DNA of 64,000 nt. It comes from Thermoanaerobaculia bacterium (GTDB lineage: Bacteria > Acidobacteriota > Thermoanaerobaculia > Multivoradales > Multivoraceae). The stretch covers positions 5,024,001 through 5,088,000 of the forward strand of contig OY761158.1 in the NCBI GenBank assembly GCA_963664405.1. Direction: 5' to 3'. The notes beneath the pieces were generated by a model. It ran no database searches. It was given only the letters and a program-made list of their open reading frames with translations, and had not been told where the DNA came from. The number at the start of each line of letters is the position of its first letter. Within the stretch, counting starts at the first letter, position 1. The translations under genes were made by a program, and so were the position numbers. Positions 48,187-55,498 of this stretch are shown here, one piece after another.

Positions 48187-48437
48187 AATCGCTCGGTCAG
48201 AGCGCGATCGTGTTGCTCAGAGGTGTCGGCGTGCCCACTCCCGGGCACGGCCGGAGTGACCTCGAGGGGCTGGGTAGGCGGAGTGAACCTTCGTCGTGAC
48301 CACTCCATCTCGTCGAGGTATCGACGAAGAGCCGCCTGTACGAGAGAGGTCAAACTGGGCTCGGGCTCTTGCTGGGCAAGGAACTCGACGACCTTGGCCT
48401 CGAGATCGTCGGGGAGGGAGATCGTGCTGCGCTTCAT
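48183..48437 (-). CDS. CopG/RHH antitoxin
   Basis: MKRSTISLPDDLE.....F.......SL..LV..ALRRYL...S..HD. Confidence 0.8.
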   Translation of the reverse strand: MKRSTISLPDDLEAKVVEFLAQQEPEPSLTSLVQAALRRYLDEMEWSRRRFTPPTQPLEVTPAVPGSGHADTSEQHDRALTERL

Positions 48438-48533
48438 CGGAGGAAGTTTATCACCGACTGGTGAAGCCGGTGCAGTCGAGTCGTCAACCGAGCGTCCGGA
48501 CCGAGCCTGGAGCTCGAGCGTCCCCCTTCTGAG

Positions 48534-48620
48534 AGGTGCCACCCGAATATTTCTTGGTGTCAGGAGTGCAGGGCAACTCGGCAGAGAGCCGGGCCGATCC
48601 GACGTGTGGTTCTGTACACA
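48534..48620. repeat. Family A half-site fused to an inverted partial family B repeat
   Basis: AGGTGCCACCCGAATA (48534), then TGTCAGGAGTGCAGGGCAACTCGGCAG... (48558-48620). Confidence 0.7.
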
Positions 48621-48678
48621 GATGTAGTGTACACTTCACTGTCGTGTACACTACATTTCTGACAAGGTGAGAGGGGTC

Positions 48679-48906
48679 GTGAAGAACATCACACTTAGCG
48701 CTGACGAGAGGCTCATAGAGGCGGCTCGCGCAGAGGCCCGGCGAAGGAGAACCACCCTCAACGCGGAGTTCCGTGAGTGGCTCAGACAGTACGCCCGCAG
48801 GCAGCAGGGCGAGGAGCGGGTCAGGGACTACCGCCGGCTCATGGACGCGATGGGGGAGGTCTCGAGTGGCGGTCCGTTCTCGCGGGACGAGATGAATGCC
48901 CGCTGA
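48679..48906 (+). CDS. Antitoxin
   Basis: MKNITLSADE.LI..AR..A.....TLN..FREWL...FSRDEMNAR; TGTACAC/GTGTACAC palindromes upstream at 48613-48651. Confidence 0.82.
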   Translation: MKNITLSADERLIEAARAEARRRRTTLNAEFREWLRQYARRQQGEERVRDYRRLMDAMGEVSSGGPFSRDEMNAR

Positions 48907-49315
48907 GTTCTTTCTCGACACGAACATCTTCGTGTACACCTTCGATCCTCGAGAGCCCGATAAGCAGTCCCGCGCCCACGTCCTTGTGGAGCGTGCCCTC
49001 GAGACCGGTGAGGGTGTCGTCAGCTCCCAGGTCGTGCAGGAGTTCCTGAACGTGGCTCTGCAGAAATTCGAACGGCCGCTCACCGAGGGAGAGGCGGTCC
49101 GCTATCTACAGGAGGTTCTGGATCCGCTGTGCTCCGTTTTCCCCAGCTGCGCTCTGTACGAGAGTGCGATCTCGTTCCACAGGCGGTGGCGATTCAGCTT
49201 CTACGATTCCCTGATCGTCGCGGCGGCCCACGAGGTAAAGTGCAAGGTGCTCTACAGCGAAGATCTACAAGATGGCCAAACAATCGAATCGCTGACCATC
49301 GTCAACCCATTCTGA
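48896..49315 (+). CDS. PIN-domain toxin
   Basis: FFLDTNIFVY, SSQVVQEF.NV, FSFYDSLIVAAA, LYSEDLQ.G......I.NPF. Confidence 0.92.
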   Translation: MPAEFFLDTNIFVYTFDPREPDKQSRAHVLVERALETGEGVVSSQVVQEFLNVALQKFERPLTEGEAVRYLQEVLDPLCSVFPSCALYESAISFHRRWRFSFYDSLIVAAAHEVKCKVLYSEDLQDGQTIESLTIVNPF

Positions 49316-49466
49316 GGAGGGAGTCCGATGATGGCCAGGAGGGGTGAGATTACTCCTCCAACGCAATAGATAAACTGGTGGCGAGCCGGGCAGGACTCGT
49401 TACGCTCTCTCGCCTTGCCCGAGCGCTGGCGGAAGACAGTCTCTGGCCCTAAGAGAGTGGTGTCCA

Positions 49467-49524
49467 GTCACACTTCGAGCTCCTAGTGACAATACCTAAT
49501 AAGCTCCACGTGACAATACCTAAT
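49467..49524 (+). promoter_or_regulatory. Bipartite motif with duplicated downstream half
   Basis: GTCACACTT-N10-GTGACAAT; GTGACAATACCTAAT at 49486 and 49510. Confidence 0.55.
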
Positions 49525-52056
49525 GTGAATCGGATTCTTTCGGCTTTCTTTGCATCTCTATTGATTCTCTCCAGCGTCACCCTGGCCCAGTCGTTCGAGG
49601 CCGATGTTGCGGCCCTGGTCGAGGGAACCTGTTTCCGCTGTCATGATGCCGAGACCGAGACGCCGCTCGATCTCGAGAACCTCGGGTACGACCTCACAGA
49701 ACCAGCCGCCTTTCGCACTTGGGTGAGGGTCTTCGAGCGTCTCGAAGCGGGCGAGATGCCGCCTCGCGGGGTGAAGCGGCCCCCCCAGAGGCTGGTCGAT
49801 GCTGCGCTTGGTGCGCTGAAGGAGGATCTGCTGGCCGCTGATCTGGCCACTCGCGAAAGCGGACGCGTCGCTCTGCGCCGACTCACCCGTCGCGAGTACG
49901 AATACACCGTCGAGGACCTGCTCTTGATCGAAGCGGATCTGGCGAGCCTGCTACCCGCGGAAAGCGCCTCCGCTGGCTTCGACACCGTCGCTCTGGAACA
50001 GGGCATCTCCCCGATTCACGCACGCAGCTACCTCGAAGCGGCCGACCAAGCGCTCGATGCGGCGATACGGCTCGGTCGATCTCCGACGCGCGCACGTTGG
50101 AAGATCGACTACCCCAACTCGCCAAATGCGTACCGGAAGGTGCGCTCGAGTGTCAATAAGAGGCTGGACGACGCGGTGGTGATGTTCATCGATGAGAACC
50201 ACCGAAATACCAGCGGGAGCTCCTCCCCTCGTTTGATGGCAAGCGACGGCAACGGCGTTTCGATACCCCATCCCGGCCTGTATCGCGTAACGGTAGAAGC
50301 CTACCCCTACCAAGCAGAGACACCGGTGACGCTGCTGCTCTTTCGCGGGAATCGTAAAGCCGGCACCAGGCAAGCGCTCGGCGCCTTCGACCTGGTCGCG
50401 CCGCGTAGCCTCGAGCTCACCGCCTATCTCCGCCCTTCCGACCATCTCTACCCCGAAGTGGCCGACTTAGACTGGGTCACCGAGATCGACGATTTCTACG
50501 CCCCTATCGGAGACTGGTCAGAAGCGGCGAATCTCATTGTTGCAGGGGGGCCGAGGGGACCCAAGCGCCTGCTCAACAACCGGCTCCATCACCCGATGTT
50601 CTACAACCCCACCGGGGGTGCCTTGGCCGATTGGGCGCCGACCTACAAGGGAGAGGGCGTTGCGGTGAAGTCGCTCACGATCGACGGTCCACTGCTCGAA
50701 GCTTGGCCGCCGCCGTCCACACGACGGCTGTTCGGGGACATCGAGCTCGACGCAGAAGGCGACCTCGAGCTGACCAAGGATCCGTACGACCACGTGGTCG
50801 ACATCGTCTCGGGCTTGGCACCGATCGCCTTCCGCCGGCCGTTGGAAGAGGGGGAAGCAGAGGCCTTCGCCAGTTTGGCCAAGCCCGCGATCGCGCAAGG
50901 TCGAAGCTTTGTCGATGCGGTCCGCGTTCCGCTGCGTGCGATGCTGAGCGCACCGCAGTTCCTCTACCTCTCCGGCGAGATCGGCGGATTGGACGGCTTC
51001 GCCTTGGCGAGCCGTCTCTCCTACTTCCTGTGGAAGAGCATGCCCGACGAAGAGCTCTTCGCGGTGGCACGTAGAGGCACGCTCTCCGATCCCGAGGTAC
51101 TGGCAAACGAGGTCGAGCGCATGCTCGACGACCCGAAGTCGATGCGTTTCGTCAAGGATTTTGTCGGCCAGTGGCTGCGCCTCTACGAGCTCAATCTGAC
51201 CACGCCCGACGAGAGGCTCTACCCGGAGTACGACGACCTGCTGCATCACTCGATCCAGCAAGAGACCGAGCTCTTCTTCGCCGAGCTCATCGCCGGCGAT
51301 CTGGCGGCTCGGAATCTGATCGACTCCGATTTCACCTTCCTCAATCGCCGCCTCGCCGAGCACTACGGCATCCCCGGCGTTGTGGGACAGCAGATGCGCA
51401 AGGTTTCGCTGCCGGAAGACAGTCCGCGCGGCGGGCTACTGACCCAGGCCAGCATTCTCAAGATCACTGCCAACGGGACCACCACCTCGCCCGTATTCCG
51501 CGGCAATTTCGTGCTGTCGAACCTCCTCGGCCAGCCGCCCAATCCGCCGCCGGCCAACGCCGGCTCAGTCGAGCCCGACACCCGCGGAGCGACCACCATC
51601 CGCGAGATCCTCGCCAAGCATCGCGAGATCGAGACCTGCAACGTCTGCCACCGCGCGATCGACCCGCCGGGCTTCGCACTGGAGAGCTTCGATCCGATCG
51701 GCGGATACCGCAATCGATATCGCTCGACCGGGGAAGGCGATCCTCCCCACACAACTCTCTACGGGCGCCCGATCCTCGAATACCTGAACGGTCCGCCCGT
51801 CGATGCCGCCGGAACGACTCCGGAGGGGAAGACCTTTGCGGGAATCGAAGAGTACAAGCGACTCCTGCTCGAGCAGGAGGACCAAATCGCGCGCCACTTC
51901 CTCTCGCAGCTGATCGTCTACGCGACGGGTGCCGAGATCGGTTTCGCCGATCGCGACGAGGTAGCGCAGATGGCCGCGCACAGCCGGGAGAGCGGCTATC
52001 CGGTGCGGGCCATGATTCACCAGATCACGCAGAGCAGCCTTTTCAGGGAGAAGTAG
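49525..52056 (+). CDS. DUF1592/1587/1595/1588/1585 (PSD) cytochrome c domain protein
   Basis: CFRCH, MPP, RRLT.REY..TV.DL, ASRLSYFLW.SMPD, RGGLLTQASIL, TSPV.RG, CNVCH..IDP.GFALE.FD. Confidence 0.9.
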   Translation: MNRILSAFFASLLILSSVTLAQSFEADVAALVEGTCFRCHDAETETPLDLENLGYDLTEPAAFRTWVRVFERLEAGEMPPRGVKRPPQRLVDAALGALKEDLLAADLATRESGRVALRRLTRREYEYTVEDLLLIEADLASLLPAESASAGFDTVALEQGISPIHARSYLEAADQALDAAIRLGRSPTRARWKIDYPNSPNAYRKVRSSVNKRLDDAVVMFIDENHRNTSGSSSPRLMASDGNGVSIPHPGLYRVTVEAYPYQAETPVTLLLFRGNRKAGTRQALGAFDLVAPRSLELTAYLRPSDHLYPEVADLDWVTEIDDFYAPIGDWSEAANLIVAGGPRGPKRLLNNRLHHPMFYNPTGGALADWAPTYKGEGVAVKSLTIDGPLLEAWPPPSTRRLFGDIELDAEGDLELTKDPYDHVVDIVSGLAPIAFRRPLEEGEAEAFASLAKPAIAQGRSFVDAVRVPLRAMLSAPQFLYLSGEIGGLDGFALASRLSYFLWKSMPDEELFAVARRGTLSDPEVLANEVERMLDDPKSMRFVKDFVGQWLRLYELNLTTPDERLYPEYDDLLHHSIQQETELFFAELIAGDLAARNLIDSDFTFLNRRLAEHYGIPGVVGQQMRKVSLPEDSPRGGLLTQASILKITANGTTTSPVFRGNFVLSNLLGQPPNPPPANAGSVEPDTRGATTIREILAKHREIETCNVCHRAIDPPGFALESFDPIGGYRNRYRSTGEGDPPHTTLYGRPILEYLNGPPVDAAGTTPEGKTFAGIEEYKRLLLEQEDQIARHFLSQLIVYATGAEIGFADRDEVAQMAAHSRESGYPVRAMIHQITQSSLFREK

Positions 52057-52058
52057 CC

Positions 52059-53352
52059 ATGACCGACCCACTCGCGCCCCACCTCGATCGGCGCACCTTT
52101 CTGAGGGCCTCCGGAGTGGCACTGGCCCTTCCGCTGTTGGAGGTGATGAGCCCGGCGTTGGCGAAAGCCGCTGCCACCGCGCCCAAGCGGATGGTGATCA
52201 TCTGCAACGCGCTGGGACTGCACGCGCCGGCACTCTTCCCCACCAAGGCCGGCGCCGACTACGAGCTGACCGAGTACCTCGAGGTTCTCGAGGACCATCG
52301 GCGCGACTACACCCTGTTCTCGGGTCTCTCTCATGAGGGTCAGACCGGCCGTCAGGCCCACAGCTCGGAGATCACCTGGCTGACCGCCGCGCGCCATCCC
52401 CAGCTCGCCGGCTTTCGCAACACCATCTCGCTCGATCAGTTTGCCGCGGACAAGCTCGGCTACGTCACTCGCTTTCCATCGGTGATCCTGGGCACCAACA
52501 CCACCGATCAGGGCGCCAAGGGCTCGTCGAGCCAGTCGTTCACGAGTCGGGGCGTCATGGTGCCGTCCGAGGCCAGTCCAGCGGAGGTCTTCGCCAAAAT
52601 GTTCCTGCAAGGCAACGCCGCCGAGGTCGCGCAACAGAAACGGAATCTAGGTGACGGGCGAAGCATTCTGGATGGCTTGATGGTCCAGACCCAATCCCTC
52701 AATCGGCGCGCGAGCGCAGCCGACAGGCAACGCTTGGACGCCTATTTCGAGGCCATTCGCACGGCCGAACGGGACCTCGGAGAAGCTCAGGCCTGGCTCG
52801 ATACGCCGAAACCTGCGGTGGACTGCGAGCCGCCGGCTGACATCCAGGATCGCAGTGATCTCATCGGCCGCATCAACCTGCTGATGAACCTGATACCCCC
52901 TCATCATCCAAACCGACTCCTCTCGTGTCGTCACGGTGATGATTCAGGAGCTGCGAGAAGTGCCCAAGGTCCCGGGAGTTTCCGGCACCCATCACAACCT
53001 GTCGCACCACGGTCAAGATCCAGACAAGATCGTCCAATTGAAGAAAGTAGAGACAGAGATCGTCAAGTGCTTTGGCAGTCTCTTGACGCAGATGAAAGGG
53101 ACAAGTGAGGGGGAGGGCACACTGCTCGATAGCACAGCACTTCTCTTCGGCAGCAACCTCAGCAACGCCAACTCGCACGATACGCGAAACCTGCCGATCT
53201 TCCTGGCGGGTGGTGGCTACCAGCACGGTCGCTATGTCGCACATGACAGTGACGACAACACGCCGCTGAGCAATCTCTTCGTCACCATGCTGCAGCACAT
53301 GGGGATTGAAACCGAGTCGTTTGGGCAGAGCAACGGCGCGCTGAGCTTGTAG
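52059..53352 (+). CDS. DUF1552 family protein (Tat); frameshift in C-run near 52897
   Basis: DRRTFLR.SGV.LALP.LE.M, ISLDQ.AA, RSILD, HH.LSHH, GTLLD, N.NSH...NLP; partner of DUF1592. Confidence 0.85.
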
Positions 53353-53408
53353 AGAGCCGCGGAGATCCCAGGGTCTTCACTCTTGCCGATTAGCCCTGCA
53401 CCTTGCTC

Positions 53409-53920
53409 TCATCCGTCAGCCTCGCCTATGAACCATGGGCTCGACCATGCCCGGCCGCCGTCGATCTGGCTCACGCGCACGTAGTAGTAGTCACCGGCGG
53501 ACGGAGGGTCGAGGTCACGGAGCTCGAGCACCTGATCGAGGGAGGCGTCGGGCCTCACTACCTGGAGGCTGACGCGGTCGGTGTAGCGACCGCTCTCGAT
53601 GGTGTGCTCCAGCCGGCCGGCTTCGATGGCGGCGAAGCCTAGAACGAAGTCGCTGCGAGCCTCGGCACCCCGGCCCCCAGCGGCCCTAGGCCAGGAAGGT
53701 AACGAAGCGACCTTCCTCGTTGTACTGGCTCGACAACTCTTGCATCAGGCGCCACTCGTAGTCATCGAGGTAGTTGTCGTGCTCCGAGTAGCCCAGAAAA
53801 TCGAGCCGCGCGTCCTCGGTGGCGTAGCGAAAGACCTCCTCGGCCGAGCCCTGGCCTTCCGCAAACCCGCTATGGACGTGGGTCTCGCCGAAGTAGATGC
53901 GCGGGTCCGGATCGCGCTCG
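53409..53920 (-). pseudogene. Internally deleted remnant of the DUF3604-type gene 59202-61784
   Basis: 53409-53687 matches 59202-59480; 53687-53920 matches 60436-60669. Confidence 0.9.
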
Positions 53921-53938
53921 GAGCGAATGCGAGGATGA

Positions 53939-53986
53939 TGGTGGAGCCGAAGGGAATCGAACCCTCGACCGCTTGAATGCCATTCA
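53939..53986 (-). mobile_element. att site: 3' 48 nt of tRNA-Ala(GGC)
   Basis: Reverse complement TGAATGGCATTCAAGCGGTCGAGGGTTCGATTCCCTTCGGCTCCACCA; no tRNA 5' half. Confidence 0.85.
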
Positions 53987-54049
53987 GGGGGTGGCAGTTT
54001 GCTGGTGTCTGCTGCAGTTTGTTTCCCTTAGGGTTCTACAGCCATTTCT

Positions 54050-54420
54050 TTTAGTTCTGTTTGCTGGGGTGAGGTGGCTCTCGATGTCTCGTCCAGGGAA
54101 CACCCATCTAGTTGTCGTTGGGAGGGCCCGGAGAACCCCGATCGCCTCAGCTGGGAGCTGGCGATGCTCTTCCCGCGCGGTCTTCGTCATCAGCAGTTTC
54201 GCTTTGCCTCGTTCGAGATCGAGATTCGCCCACTCAAGGCGCAGCACCTCGCCGATGCGCCACCCTGTCCAGAAGGCGACTCGGATTGCGGCGCACGCCA
54301 CTGAGTTCGTGTCAGTTGTCTCTTCCAGATCGATGGCTTCGAGAAGCTTTGCCATCTGCTCGGGAGAGAGCATCACTTCTTTCCTCTCGCCGCGACGCTC
54401 CTCGGGATAGCGGTCGCACC
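54050..54420 (-). pseudogene. Tyrosine integrase catalytic-domain fragment
   Basis: LSPEQM..L....AIR....TGWRIGEVLRLEW..LD......L..TKT...WVFP; HxxR and Tyr boxes missing. Confidence 0.8.
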
Positions 54421-54452
54421 CGACGCGCTAAAGCGCGCGGCTGATGAGCGCG

Positions 54453-54801
54453 CGGAGGCGATGCGCATGGCGGTTGAGGCAACGAGGGAAGGAGAGCGCT
54501 CCTGACAGCACCAGAGCACTTAGCCACCCCGACATCGGTCTGCTGAAAGAACGGCGACATGGCGCCCAAACTCTGCGCCGTGGGCCGACCTGCACCAGCG
54601 ATTCTGGCGCTCACGAGACATCGCCCGGAGGCGATGCGCATGGCGGTTGAGGCAAGAGGAAGAGAGGAGAGCGCTCCTGACAGCACCAGAGCACTTAGCC
54701 ACCCCGACATCGGTCTGCGAAAGAACGGCGACATGGCGCCCAAAACTCTGCGCCGTGGGCCCGCTGCACCAGCGATTCTGGCGCTCACGAGACATCGCCC
54801 G
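54453..54801. repeat. About 173-bp tandem duplication
   Basis: Units start at 54453 and 54626; differ mostly by small indels. Confidence 0.85.
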
Positions 54802-54816
54802 CCGGCTCGGATCAGG

Positions 54817-55038
54817 TCAGCTCTGCGAAAGGCTCAGGCTCGATACGGGCAGAGCTTCGGCCTCGAGCCGTTCGAGGTCCGCGACTCGGCTCGCGTGATC
54901 GATGTCGATTCCTACCAGTTTGCCGTCCTCGTCGAAATCGAGGTTGACCCCTGGCGCGGCCTCCCGCACCTCCGCACCCGGACGACCAGCGAGATCGATA
55001 TATAGAGAGTCGGTCTCGGGGTAGTAGTGGAATCTCAT
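54817..55038 (-). CDS. DUF2283 family putative antitoxin
   Basis: Y.PETDSLYI.L.......EAAPGV.LDFD..G.LVGIDIDHAS. Confidence 0.85.
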   Translation of the reverse strand: MRFHYYPETDSLYIDLAGRPGAEVREAAPGVNLDFDEDGKLVGIDIDHASRVADLERLEAEALPVSSLSLSQS

Positions 55039-55040
55039 CA

Positions 55041-55274
55041 TCAGTCCTCTCGAAATCCTCGATCGAAGAAAGCGTTGTGAACGGTTTCGCCGTCTTCCAA
55101 AGTCACGACCCGGAGATACTTGCCCTCATCGGGCACCAGAGCCCAGTATCTTACCCTACCGTCCGGTTGGGCTTCCCGACGCAAAGGATCTGAGAGAACA
55201 GCCTCGCACCACTCGCGCCGGAGATAGCGTCGTTTTCGGAGCACCTGTTCTTCGAAGTAGCGAGTGGTCTTCAC
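55041..55274 (-). CDS. Small putative toxin (RelE/DUF4258-like) paired with DUF2283
   Basis: TTRYF...VLRKR.YL..EWC...P...E.Q.DGR.R.W......YLRVVTLEDGETVHNAFFDR.F. Confidence 0.75.
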   Translation of the reverse strand: MKTTRYFEEQVLRKRRYLRREWCEAVLSDPLRREAQPDGRVRYWALVPDEGKYLRVVTLEDGETVHNAFFDRGFRED

Positions 55275-55498
55275 GCGAAAGGTCCTTCCGCTCCCAGTCA
55301 TTCTTCCACGAAGCCGTGCATCGCCTTCGCCAGGGAGCACGCCCTTCGCGACGAGTCTGTGTACCATCGTGTTCGAGTGCTTATCGATCATGACCTTTCT
55401 CGGTGCACCAAGTACGATCAACTAGTTCGATCATGTCTGGCCCTCGCAGGTCCCTGGCTGGCAGGGACCGAAAAGGCTGACTAGGGAACGATGACCGC

